NCBI GenBank assembly: GCA_963514005.1
Contig: OY740795.1
Span: 39,680,001 to 39,744,000 of the forward strand
Direction: 5' to 3'
DNA: 64,000 bases
Source of the DNA: Raja brachyura
Lineage: Eukaryota
Shown: positions 25,142 through 38,204 of the stretch, piece by piece
How the letters are laid out: each line of letters opens with the position of its first letter
Position numbering within the stretch: position 1 is the stretch's first letter
Position numbers and translations under genes: made by a program
The notes under the pieces: model-generated
What the model saw: the letters and a program-made list of their open reading frames with translations, nothing else
The model's database searches: none
What the model was told of the DNA's origin: nothing

Positions 25142-26676
25142 GCGTATTTCCCAGCAATGAAGACATTATATTTTATCTAAAAATAAGGCACGAAAATTTA
25201 CCTGCGTCTTGGAGGCCGAAGGTTAGGTTGTTAGCCAAGAAAGATAGCCTTGGCTATCCCTCATTGCTGGCAGCTGATGGGAAGCGGCTGTTAAGTGGGA
25301 AGCGGCTGTAAAAGGACAGTGCGGCGGGGGGGGGGGGGGGGGAAGAGACGAGTTCCTTTAACAGCGTGTGGGGAGTCTGGCTCGGGTCAGCACAGGCAGG
25401 AGCATTGTGACGGAGGGGGTCGGGGATCATGCCAACAACTCACTCATTCACCGCTGCCGCGGTGCTCCGAGCGTGGAGCCACCGCATTGTGGCCGGGGAG
25501 GCAAGTAGCTCGGGTGGCTGTGAGCGGCCGCCGGGACCGGACAGCGGAACCAGCTGCCACCTTAGCACCTTCTGCCGGCCCGCTCACCTCTGCCAGTGCT
25601 CTCCATCTGAACACTTCTCTCCTGCTGCTCGCCGGCCTCACTAATGTCAGCCGCTTCCCGCAAATCCTTAAATTCCGACTGCCGCCGGAGAGGGAAGTAA
25701 CTCGGGTGGCTGCGAATGGCCGCCGGGACCGGATAGTGAGGGGACCAGCTCAAGAGCAAAGATCATAGCGCGTAGCGGGCCAACTGCCGATGGATGACAG
25801 GACAGCGGGCGGTGGAGCTTACTCCTGTGTCAGTGCGATCAAGGGACCAATTAAGGTTACTAGCACTGACACAAGAGTAAGCTTTACCACCCGCTATCAT
25901 GTTATCCATCACCCGCTGACCCGCGCCGCTCTATGATCTTTGCTCTTGAAAGACATGGACCAGGCAGTGACTGCCGTGCAGTGTCACCCAGCGCGGCAAG
26001 TGAGGCCATGTCCTGCTCCTGATGACAGTCGGAATTTAAGGATTTGCGGGAAGCGGCTGACATGAGCGAGGCAGGCGAGCTGCAGGAATGAGGTGTTCAG
26101 ACGGAGACTACTGCCAGAGGTGATCGGGCTGGCAGAAGGAGCTGAGGTGGCGGCCGGTTCCGCTGTCTGGTCCTGGCGGCCGCTCATAGCCACCCGAGCT
26201 ACTTCCCTCCCCGGCCACAATGTGGTGGCTCCGTGCACGGAGCGCCGCGGCAGAGGTGAATGAGAGAGTTGCTGGCATGATCCCCGACCCACTCCTTCTC
26301 AATACTCCTGCCCGTGCTGACCCGGGCCAGACTTCCCACATGCTGTGAAAGGAACTCTCACCCCAATTGGTCCCTTGAAGTAGTATTGTCATTCAATAAA
26401 ATCACAACTGATTCAACGTCCCGGTGTGCTCCCATTTTTCCCACCCTCTCTCCACCTGCTGTCGCTCTCCATCCCCACCCATTCAGTCATTAAGAATGGA
26501 AGAGATCTGGAAGCCTTGGGCAAATTGAATTGTTACTCTCTTTATTTTTATTTATTTATTTATTTATTTTTGAGTGTGAGAAGATCTATGTCCCGCTATC
26601 CTTTTTACAAAATTTAGCAACACAAAATGGGGGTGCGTCTTAGACACAGGTGTGTCTTCATTGCCGGGAAATACGG
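25142..26676. mobile_element. Non-autonomous Tc2/pogo-like element with a nested internal foldback
   Basis: TIRs gcgtatttcccagcaatgaagaca (25142) / tgtcttcattgccgggaaatacgg (to about 26676) in TA-rich flanks. Internal inverted arms about 25350-25681 and 26026-26357; inner hairpin 25750-25949. Confidence 0.8.
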
Positions 26677-27923
26677 ATATTCCACTGGTTCAGCTGGCCA
26701 TGGTAGCTTTTGGTTTTATCAAAGCTACCTACAATATCTGTGATCCAGAAACCAAGCGATATTAAAACTCAAACAATGATCTGCAGTGGTTTGCTTAAGA
26801 GGAAAAAATGAACCAGACATGTTGTGTTTCAAGGCACAGATTTGCCATAACAGAACAACATATAGAGCACAAGACATTAATTGGATACGAGGGAATAACA
26901 TATATAAGGTATAAATATCGGACAGGATTCATTGCTTGGTGCATCAATAAACGCCATGATTTTACAAACCCAAGCTTTTTTCCCCCAAAAAATCTAAATA
27001 CTAGGTAAATATCGGGCCAGTTAAAATAGTTCTGCTTTAGTCTACTTTCTTGTTAAAAATTGTGCATATCTACACACAGTTCATTGGAGGAGACAGCATG
27101 GCAGTAAAAATCCAGTCATTAGGAAGTAAGTGAACAACGGCTTGCCATAATGATGATTTTCTTTGCCATGCAAGAACTTCAAATGCTTCACCATTTACTG
27201 TACTCATGTCATGTTAACCAAGCATGCAAAGCTTTAAAGCTGCAATGAAAATTCAAGTTTTTTTTAAAGATTAGTTCATATCGAGCATTTCAACCTCTGA
27301 CGTGCCTAGAATGCAACAAATTTCACATTCCTTGAAAACATCACTGGAGTACTTGCGAGAGAGAGAAACCATGGGGATGTGAGTTCAATGGCTTTCATTA
27401 ATCTCAAACTAATAATTATTTTACTGCTATATTTTCACTTTATTCATGGAATATGACCATCCAAATTTATTGCCTACCTCAAATTCCCTGTGAAAACAGT
27501 GGCTAGTCTTGGAGTGGGGCAGGAATGATAAAAAAAACAATTTCAATACCAAAAACGCACAACAGTTCCACAGGAATCATTAATACTAAACCAAAGCAGA
27601 AACTCACACCAATTTCAGCCCTGCCTCAGTGCAGGAATAAGAGTAATTGCAGTACACTTAATGCAAACCAAACTGAGCTCAGTTAATTGCAGACTTTATG
27701 CCTCATCTTGGTTGATGTGATCAGTCCAACATCAGCAGATGGAGTTTTTCTGCACATTGAGAGATTGGCGAGAGATAACGTTATGGTTCACATCAGTAAT
27801 TTACAAATTGAAAGTTCTAAATGATATTTTAATCTAACTTTATCATGACAACCTATATTCGACAGTATCTGTTAAAATCAGGTAAAACTCTACATTTCAA
27901 TGGCACCGTCCTCAAAGGATTAT

Positions 27924-28055
27924 GTGTAAGAAGGAACTGCAGATGCTGGTTTAAACTGAAGATAGTCACAAAAAACTGGAGTAACTCAGCGGGACAGGCA
28001 GCATCTCTGGAGAGAAGGAATTGGTGATGTTTCAAGTCGAGTCCCTCCTCAAACG
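27924..28055 (-). repeat. Penelope-type terminal repeat (degraded core) flanked by a 17-bp direct repeat
   Basis: Similar to the reverse complement of 601-730. tcctcaaaggattatgt at 27909 and tcctcaaacgattatgt at 28046. Confidence 0.75.
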
Positions 28056-28262
28056 ATTATGTATTACATTAGCTCAGAAAACATTGCATAATCTAGATAT
28101 GATTGCAAACATTTGATGAACACTAACATATTTGACTAAAAAACAGTACACTTCATAAGCTTAAAAAATTAAGATTTAGACCTAAACCCAATCAGCTATA
28201 AACCTACAAAGTGCTAATTACTGATAGTTATCTGTTCATTTGGCTACATGCTATCATACATA

Positions 28263-29837
28263 ATGTGCCCTCCATAATGTTTGGGACAAAGACCCATCAT
28301 TTATTTATTTTCCTCTGTACTCCACAATATTAGATATGTAATAGAAACAAAAATCACATGTGGTTAAAATGCACATTGTCAGATTTTATTAAAGGGTATT
28401 TTTATACATTTTGGTTTCACCATATAGAAATTACAGCTGTGTTTATACATAGTCCACCCCCTCCCCATTTCAGGGCACCATAATGTTTGGGACACATGGC
28501 TTCACAGGTGTTTGTAATTGCTCAGGTGTGTTTAAATGCCTCCCTAATGCAGGTATAAGAGAGCTCTCAGCACCTAGTCTTTCCTCCAGCCTTTCCATCA
28601 CCTTTGGAAACTTTTATTGCTGCTTATCAACATGAGGACCAAAGTTGTGTCAATGAACGTCAAATAAGCCATTATGAGATTGAGAAACAACAATAAACCT
28701 GTTAGATATCAGCCAAACCTCAGGTGTACCAAAATCAACTGTTTGGAACATCATTAAAGAGAGCACTGGTGAGCTTAATAATTGCAAAGGGACTGGCAGG
28801 CCAATGAATACCTCCACAGCTGATGACAGAAGAATTCTCTCTATAATAAAGAAAAATCTCCAAACACCTGTCCGACGGATCAGAAACACTCTTCAGGAGT
28901 CAGGTGTGGATTTGTCAATGACTACAGTCTGCAGAAGACTTCATGAACAGAAATACAGAGGCTACACTGCAAGATGCAAACCACTGGTTCGCTGCAAAAA
29001 TTGGATGGCCGGGTTACAGTTTGCCAAGAAGTACTTAAAAGAGCAACCATAGTTCTGGAAAAAAGGTCTTGTGGACAGATGAGACAAAGATTAAGTTGTA
29101 TCAGAGTGATGGCAAGAACAAAGTATGGAGGAGAGAAAGAACTGCCCAAGATCCAAAGAATACCACCTCATCTGTGAAACACGGTGGTGGGGGTGTTATG
29201 GCCTGGGCATGTATGGCTGCTGAAGGTAGTGGCTCACTTATCTTCATTGATGATACAACTGCTAATGGTAGTAGCATAATGAATTCTGAAGTGTACAGAC
29301 ACATCCTATCTCCTCAAGTTCAAACAAATGCCTCAAAACTCATTGGCCGGCGGTTCATTCTACAGCAAGACAATGATCCCAACAATACTGCTAAAGCAAC
29401 AAAGGAGTTTTTCAAAGCTGAAAAATAGTCAATTCTTGAGTGGCCAATGCAATCACCCGATCCGAACCCAATTGAGCATGCCTTTTATATGCTGAAGGGA
29501 AAACGGAAGGGGATGAGCCCCCAAAACAAGCATAAGCTAAAGACGGCTGCAATACAGGCCTGGCAGAGCATCACCAGAGAAGACACCCAGCAACTGGTGA
29601 TGTCCATGAATCGCAGACTTCAAGCAGTCATTGCATGCAAAGGATATGCAACAAAATACTAAACGTGACTACTTTCATTTACATGACATTGCTGTGTCCC
29701 GAACTTTATGGTGCCCTGAAATGGGGGGACTATGTATAAATATATCTTTGCTGTAATTTCTACATGATGAAACCAAAATGTATAAAAGTGACCTTTAATA
29801 AAATCTGACAATGTGCACTTTAACCACATGTGATTTT
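28263..29837 (+). mobile_element. Tc1-family (IR/DR type) DNA transposon, defective, right inverted repeat truncated
   Basis: Left IR about 28263-28495 with direct repeats cataatgtttgggaca at 28273 and 28479. The right IR 29694-29837 mirrors only the inner part. Transposase remnant lies between. Confidence 0.93.
28632..29662 (+). pseudogene. Tc1 DD34E transposase pseudogene
   Basis: MRTKVVSMNVK* start; WTDETK, VKHGGGGVMAWACM, LQQDNDP, then SPDPNPIE with 34 residues between D and E; ACKGYATKY* end. Stops at 28665 and 29426 plus frameshifts. Confidence 0.95.
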
Positions 29838-30830
29838 GATCTGGTGCTACTTGAACTGTTGAGTGTTTCCACCATTTACTTTTTATATTTCCGAGTTTCA
29901 GCATCTACAATTTTAGTAGTTTCCAAATTCGATGTCTAGATTGTTATTATTGCTTTAGTGGACTTCTGTACAACAGGCTGAAGTCACTAGTCTGCCACCA
30001 TGGAGATCTGACTGCTGCCGGTCCAAAGGAAATGCCCTCTAGCTCATCTTCTTCTGACCAGAATTACACTGTTTGGTTTAATTAAGTGCAGATCAGTACA
30101 GATATTTGTTAAATTTAGATTTTAATTAGACCTCAGTTAGAATTAATTAATTAGCTCAAATCTGTACTGCAGATCCACAGGGTTGCAACCTGTACTAATG
30201 GCGTTGGATCAATTGGAAGTAAGATCAATTTCCACCAGGAATTTCTGTCTTCATTGATATAAAGGAAGTGTTCCTATTCTTCCCCCACTTTCTTAGGATC
30301 TCAGAGACCAAGGTCATTCATTATAATCTGACTGATTGCAGAAATAGCAAATACTTGCCAGTAATGGCACATTAACCTTGCAAAAGGATGCGCCATTCTA
30401 TAGATGAAAAGACTTTAACAAAAAGTAAATCATTTGTATTTGCGCAATGCCATTCAAGTTCTAGGGATATTCCAAATGCTTCTCATCCACAATTCTTTCA
30501 GAATAGTACTTGATATCATGATGTGAAATTAGAGAAGCCACAGATCTTACAAAAAGCAATGGAAGAAATAATCAATGAATCGATTTGGTGGCTGAGCACA
30601 GATCTTAGTACAGCACAGACCTGAGCACAGTTCTGATTCTTCTTCTTTATGTTCACTTGAATCGGCATAAATTCTGTGGAAGGATGGCACGCCACACAAT
30701 TAGCATTCCTTTATAGCTTCAATCAGGGTGACAGCCTAGAGTGTACACAACAGCCCTGGTGAGAACCTTGAACAACCATGAAAAAATGTGAAATGGTAGT
30801 GGTTTATCCTCACTTGCATCTACTAAACGT

Positions 30831-30915
30831 GTGGTCTCGACCCGAAACGTCGCCTATCTCCTTCGCTCCTTAGATGCTGCTGCACCCGCCGAGTTTCTCC
30901 AGCTTTTTGTGTAAC
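30831..30915 (+). repeat. Penelope-type terminal repeat variant, 5'-truncated
   Basis: ggtctcgacccgaaacgtcgcc...gagtttctccagc. Confidence 0.65.
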
Positions 30916-30924
30916 CCCCGTGCA

Positions 30925-32270
30925 ACATCATAGCATTTGATGTACAAATTCGGAAATTCAGTGATTTCCCTTTCTCGTCCATATTCGCCATTTCACGGGG
31001 ACCAGTCCTTTCACAACCCAGGTGACATAACACATGTCCTTTCACCCCTTCCCTCACCACTCTCCATGGACCCGAACAGTCCTTCCAGATGAAGCACAAA
31101 TCAATTGTACTCAGTGTCATGGAGTCATACAGTGTGGAAACAGGCCCACTCTCCCAACTTTGCTACACCAACCAACATGTCCCATCTACATTAGTCCCAC
31201 ATGCCTGCATTTGACCCATATCCCTCTAAACCTGTCCTATCCATATATTTATCTAATTGCTTCTCAATGTTACGATAGTCCCTGCCTCAACTACCTCCTC
31301 CAGCAGCTTGTTTCAGACATCCACCACCTTTCGCATGAAAAAGCTTCCTATAAAATCCTTCCCCCATCACCTTAAACCTAGGCCCTCCGGTTCTCGATTC
31401 CCCCACTCTGGGCAAGCGACTCTGTGCATCCACCCAATCTATTCACCTCATGATTTTATACACATGATTCTATAAGTTAAATCTCCTTCCAATCTAGTGT
31501 ATAGCATTTGACATTCAACATGTGGTCTCTTCTGCAATGGATAAACTAAAAATAGATTGGATGACCACTTTGTGGAGCATTCACATTCAGTCCACTGGAG
31601 TGACCAAGCATCCTGCTGGTTTAATTCTCCACCCCACTCTGATCTATTTGTCTGTGGCCACCGGCACTGTTACAATGAGGGCCAATGCAACCTTCAACAA
31701 CAGGACTTATTTCCTGTCTGGACACGTGGCGGCCTTCAATATGGAATTATACAACATCAGATAACTTGATTTCTCTGCATCAGTTTTTCATCTGCTACAT
31801 TGGCTCAGGCAGTTTGTTTTATTTCCCAATTTTTTCCCCCTCTGGGAGTGGAAATGACCAGCCGAACCTGCGGGGGATATCTCCCAGCTCTGCGTTTTGC
31901 AACTCCCACAATCTCTGCCCTTGAACTGCTCCCATTCACCAATTAACCAGATATCCCCAGTTGCCAGCTTATGCCCATGGTCACACATCAGTCGAATATA
32001 AGTCCTGACCCGAAACATCATCTGTCCATTCCCTACATAGGTGCCTGTTCCACTGAGGTCCTCCAGCACTTTGTTTTTAATCCCATGGGCACCCTAGGTT
32101 TATCTTGTCAGATACATCACCTCTACTCCATGACCCCCCTGCAGATTAGCAAGAAATGTTTCTCTCCCCTTCCTGATGAAGGATCTTCAACCTGAAATGT
32201 TGACTCGGTTTCTTTTCTCAGAAATGTGACCGAACTTTGAGTATCTGCAGTATTTTTGTTTTTTTATTTC
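30925..32270 (+). mobile_element. Older Penelope-like fragments (GIY-YIG remnant, degraded terminal repeats), interrupted by a CR1 piece
   Basis: Degenerate GIY-YIG text near 31500-31770 (RLDDHFVEH..FNSPPHSDLFV). Terminal motifs at about 32005 and 32173 (CTGATGAaggatcttcaacctGAAAtgtt). Confidence 0.6.
31113..31465 (-). mobile_element. CR1-type LINE 3' fragment
   Basis: Similar to 11270-11620. Confidence 0.8.
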
Positions 32271-35200
32271 AAGTTCATAGTTGGTGTCAAAGTTACGGCA
32301 CAAGGTACCATAAGATCATGTGATAGGAACAGAATTAGGCCATTCGGCCCATCAAGTCTACTCTGCCATTCAAACATCTCTCCCTCCAAACCCCATTCTC
32401 TCTTCTACCTTCTCCGCATAACCTGACACCTGTACTAATCAAGAAACGCCTTAAAAAAAATAACACCCTACGTACTTTTACATGGTCCAACTAACCCCTC
32501 AATCAGAACATTCAAGAATGCTGCTGGATATAAAATAGGTAAGTGGGATTCAGTGTATGTGCGTACGGCTCTGTTACCACCTGCCCCTCTACTACATAGC
32601 CATGGTTACAAGTAGCTAAAAAGGACGCACAAAACCTCAGTTATTCCGAGGCAGCAAATGCATCACTGTGAGTGTTTTAGGACTGGAGGTGTTCAAGAGG
32701 CTTTTGAAGTAGGTCAGGTTACAACCGACATCATTTACTTGCTAAGCTGTGACCAAACTGACTTCCGCAGAACAAGGCAGAGGTGGAAAAGCCAACCCTT
32801 ACAAAAGGCAATGATACTGTTGGTAAGACTGGCATGTGTTCAGGAGAGGAATCCAAGGTTTGGTTGTGTCTGTACAACTTAACCTTCCACAAGAAGCAGA
32901 GGTGAATAATGTCCAGATACGGCAACACTATTGTTATGTCACAAATCAGAATATTCTTTAAATATGATGTTATTACTGCATACTAGTCAAAATAAAAACA
33001 GTCATAATATCTGTCTATAATGCCCGATAGTGTCAGAGTCTTTTAGTGTGGAGACAGGCCCTTCAGCCCACTGAGTCCATACTAACCGAGCGCCCATATG
33101 TGGCAACTCTGCTTGTTTATCTGTGACATAACTACAGATTATGAATCTTCAACCTCATTAACAAAAACCTCAACAGAATGAAACATGCGTTTAATGTATT
33201 TCAAGAATTTATTCAATTACAAATTCCCCAAAATTAAACGTTTAGGATCATCGTTTGGAAGAGCAGAGGTGGGGGAAAGGGGAGTGGTGTATAATTCCAA
33301 AAAGTAGTCTCAAAATATCTAAAATTACTGTCAGAATTCAGACTTATCACACAAGTGGTGTCAGAGTGCCTTTGGGTGGCTTCATTTCCTGGAAATTACA
33401 CATTATTCCACTGGGAACTGAATTTCATTTCCATGTTGTCGCACAGAAAGATCTTTCCCATCATATAATTATTCACAAAACTGTTATAATTCTCTGCTTT
33501 TTGCAGCTGTACGTCAAATAGTTTTAATAATTATTAAAAATATATTTTAAAGAAGTGTAGAATAAACAGTCACCTTATACCTTACAGAATATCTTACATT
33601 AGATAGACCAGGGAAGGAAGAACCAAGATTTCACGGTATGAAGTGCCTTGTAAAATGCAGAAAACCCCAATGTACATGAACTCAGTTCATTGTACATAGT
33701 TTTCAAGATATTTATTCTACACTGTCTTGATATTCTCTACAATATCCAATATGTGTACAAATGTTTCAATAACAAACGGTGCCTTGTAAGATACATCACT
33801 TTACAGTTTATTGGCCTAAAATTCTCCAAATGCACTTTAGTTGGAAAAAAGCTAAAAACATGCACTACCACTACACATAAAACTAAACTACTGCAGCTCA
33901 AACTAAACCACTGCAGCATAATTTCAGAGCTGATAGATTTTACTTTGATCTTTATTTGTTGGCACAACATAGGCGACACTGGGAAAGGTATATGTATTCT
34001 TGATAATGTGGTGGTTAGGCTTCATTGTTTAACACTAAAATCCTCAAGATTCTTCTTTTTTTTTTAAGAGGAACACACTGACTACCTTAAACGTGCCCAC
34101 AAAATGGAGTATCACACTGAGGACTGGGCAATGAACATGTTAATCCTATTCAACTCACTGAAACATTCCCTAGCAAGGTGATAAGCCATGAGGCCTGTGG
34201 CCCAAAGACCAGAACATAAACATGCAACCTGGAACACCTGTGTATTAGGTATGTTGATTATCAAGCTAAATTGTTCTGACACATTTACTATTCCAATGGA
34301 TGAGGAAAAATAAGTAGGGCTTAATTGGAAATTACTGGTGCTATGAGAACAGTTTACTTGCTTTTGTTTAATTCTCTTCACAGCTTCTTCAATACTAGTT
34401 GCAATGGAAGTTAAACAAATATTCAGGGTACATGAAGGTGAGAAAGTGTCTCTGCAAGCTTAGAATGACCTCCACTGACACACAGCAACAGGAATGCATA
34501 GCTACACCAGCAAGATGAAAGTATATCTCAGATATTAGTGAGTTGTAAGTCAGCTGCCTGTAAGTGAAGGTGAATCTAGACAGGAGCATAGAATCCAAGA
34601 GGACAGGAAAATACAGGCCCATGAGTTAATCAAAAAGCTAATGTCCCAAAGGAACTCAAGGCAACCAGTTCATTCAGACATATCGAGAAAAAAACAGTAA
34701 CTACAAGAACAATGATCTTAATTTATTCAACTGACCGGGAATAATATAAACAGATTTCTATAGAATTAAATTCTACATAATCATCCATTTGATGTCAACT
34801 GGTGGCTATCTCAACTGTAAATTTGTAATCAACTAGTTAATGCTGAATGATCTACTTATTTGCCTTGTAACCATGTCTGTTTCATCAATTAATCTTTTGC
34901 ACACAAAACATGCATGCAGGCGATCCCTGGGTTACCCAGGGCTGGGAGGGAAGGTTGCATTCTTAAAGATTAGTCCTATTGCGATTTTCATAACGCAAAG
35001 AAACATCATCTGTTTGTGCATCAAGAATGGAGAGATGAAAATGATAAACTTTGTGTTGATTTGTTTACTTTTTTCCTCCCACTTTAATTTTATTTCATAT
35101 CTGAAAATTTTGGGTAGTGATTTGTGAATTCTGTAAGTGCATATTTCCGTCACACGAATGGGTGTAACACAGGGGTTGCCTTTAGGCTGCATCTCAGTGC

Positions 35201-36551
35201 CATTGAAGGTTAGTGAATAATTGCCAGTTCATGATTTTGTGATCTGGTGTCTTTTAATGCAAGCAGAAAAGGGTTAATCTGTTCATTTACCATGTTGTGC
35301 AGATCCTGATGGGAATTTCATGGTGTAAATGCTAATATAATTCAAGCCGCTTGATGTTAAACAGTTCAGGGACTCGACATAGGCATCATTAACTCCCAGG
35401 CATAGACTGGTTGATAAACCCCAGATGGTCTATGACGAGCCATTAAGATGAATGAATTAAGGATTTAGCTGGTACCTTTGATAAATTATACTGGCCAACA
35501 TTTTTACACACTCCCAAGATGATCTTGGGGAGGGAGTTCACAGATTTTGAAACAGTACTGACGCAAGAAATAAATGTTCACTAACACTTGGTGCATGGCT
35601 TGCAGGCAATAGTATTCCTGCAGCATTTCACTGTGTTAATTACTAAAGCATTACAAACTTAAATTACTACACTAACCATTGCCTGCACTGATGTATGCAT
35701 GCTTTGAACATATTACCAAACATATTATGATTTCTCTTGCTGAATTTTCAGAATATCACTATTATGGACACCTACTCCCTATGTACTCACCAAATAATTT
35801 ATCCATCCAACCTATTTGATTATTCATAACCAGATCCTCATAAAAAGATATGTGGAGAACTAAAATAACTCTCGAAGGAATTCCATTACCGTATCTTCAT
35901 GTATCTCCTTATCCCAACTGTTAAACAAATAAGTCAAATCTTCTCAAAATAAAATGTTTGAATTCCCAACTCGTGTCTTCAGTTAGCCTGTGCATTTCTT
36001 CTTCTATTTCCTCCCTACAATTCCGGTCAGGTAACCCACACATTTTCAAGAATGAATGTTTTTGAGCTCTAAATGGGATGTCTCCAAATATCCCCCTTTC
36101 AGACGTTAACCCTGAATTAATGTTACCACTTTACATCCACTGTCTCCATCCTTGATTTCAATTTTTAGTTCTGCCGCACATTCAGGTTGAAATTCACATC
36201 CCTGTTAAAGCATTCCAAGGACCACATCCGCTCCCCATCATTTACGCGTAAAAGCAGCAGATTTTCCTGAGCTTCATCTATCAGCATCAGATCAGAGAAT
36301 GAATGCAACAAATGTAGTAAATTTCAGTGCAGCAGAGCACATGTTAGAAGTACCATCATTGCTCTTATGGGCATGCATTTTTTTTCATCATACATTATAA
36401 CCATATAACCATTATACCATTATATGTCATTCCATGGTGATTCATTGCACATTTAAATTAACAAATTAATTTTAAACACAGACTCCTTCTGCACAGGAGT
36501 TGACTGCATGAGATGTCTAATCTTAGTGGTGAATGTATGTACACTGCACAG

Positions 36552-36862
36552 AGGTGCAGCTGATGCAGCTACTGTCTCCTGGTGTCACAGATCTGGGTTC
36601 AATCCTGACCTTGGCTGGTGTCTGTGTGGAGGTTTGCATGTTCTCCCTGTGACCACGTGCGTATTTCTCCAGGTGCTCCGGTATCCTCCCACATCCCAAG
36701 ACGTGCGGGTTTGTAGGTTATTTGGCCTCTGTAAGTTTCCAGTAGTGTGTAGGATGGGTGTCCATAAGTGGGCTAACAGAATTAATGTGACTGTATGATC
36801 GATGGTCGGCATTCACTTGGTGGGCCAAAGGGCCCGTTCCCATGTTGTATCAATCAATCAAG
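36552..36862 (+). mobile_element. tRNA-derived SINE, same family
   Basis: B box gggttcaatcct, family core, (atca)n tail. Confidence 0.8.
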
Positions 36863-37339
36863 TGTGGTACATTACTGTTCTTATGACCAGACTCTTGAAT
36901 CTGCTACCACTTTGCAGTTTCTGTAAAACTGAAACCATTTAGCAAAGTTATTCCATTGCAATCTAAATGCAAAAACTCTCTCAATGAGCCTCTAAGGCTG
37001 CTTAGACAATAAAAATTCTACCATGCAATTATTTCAGCATGGCAATGGAGTAAGAGTACTCAATGGATTTATGGTTTCCATTCCATCTAACATGTTCAAA
37101 TGTCTTTTGTTAATCTTATCAGTGCCTTCAGGATGAATTGGATGTGATTTATAAATAAAGTCTGTTTGACTTGAATCTGTGCAAGCTTATTTGCTTTCAT
37201 GCCCGCACACCCACAAATCCAACATTAAAAAGAACAGATAAATAAACCTACAAATAAAAATAATCAAATCCATAGCTTATTTGGATTATTAAGCATATTG
37301 CAGCAGAAAATGTTTTAATGTTTTCAAAAATTACTTTAA

Positions 37340-38200
37340 ATTCATTTTTCCGAAGCCCTTCATTTATTGCCGATCTTAATTACCCTTGGGAAGATGGTAT
37401 TGAGCCAATGTATTAAGTGCTGCAGTCCTTTGGGTGAAGTGACATCTTGATTATAGTATTAGATGGGGAGTTTCATGATTTAACCCTGGCAACTATGAAG
37501 AAACAGCATTGTATGTCCAAATCAGGTTTGTGTGCAACTTGGAGGGGGACCTGCAGGTGGTGGTACACGCATGTACTTGTTGCCTTTGTCCTTTATGATA
37601 GAGGTTGCAAGTTTGAGACGTGACAGCACAATAACCTAGCTGAATAACGTGAATGCATTTCATATACGTTGCCGCCGTGGTGGTGGCAGGAACTGTGTTT
37701 CAGGATAGCAGATGGGATGCTAATCAAAAGGCCTTCTTTGTTCTGGAAGGTGTCCATCCTCTTCATTGTTCATATAGCTGAAGTTATCCAAGTGAGTGGA
37801 GAACGTTCTCTCATGTTCTTGACTTTCACCAATTGCAATTTCACCAATTGTAATTCTCTGCCTCAGAGGCCAGTGGAGGCTGGTTCTCTGGATGCTTTCA
37901 AGAAAGAGCTCTTAAAGATAGCGGAGTCAAAGGATATGGGGAGAAGGCAGGAACGGGGTACTGATTGTGGATGATCAGCCATGACCATGGCGGTGCTGGC
38001 TCAAAGGGTTGAATGGCTTATTCCTGCACGTATTGTCACCATGTCAATGGTGAGAATGTTTTGAAATTGAGGAAGTGGGTTAATCATTGCAGGATACAGA
38101 CCTCCAAGCTGCTCTTGAAACCACAGTATTTACCTGACTGACTCCAATTTGTTTCTGACCTCAGGATATCAGTGATGGTGATATCATTGAATATCAAAAG
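37340..38200 (-). mobile_element. Old LINE family remnant; related pieces at about 2060-2460, 8880-9500 and 40200-40830
   Basis: Shared degenerate text between copies (catttattgccgatcttaattacccttgggaag, gttatccaagtgagtggagaa). Clade uncertain. Confidence 0.5.
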
Positions 38201-38204
38201 GTTA

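Noticed and set aside
25295-26392. Two similar ORFs on opposite strands (GRGSCQQL..VSRFPQILKFRL) resembling duplicated genes
   Set aside because: They are translations of the two arms of the GC-rich inverted repeat and match no protein family I recognise.
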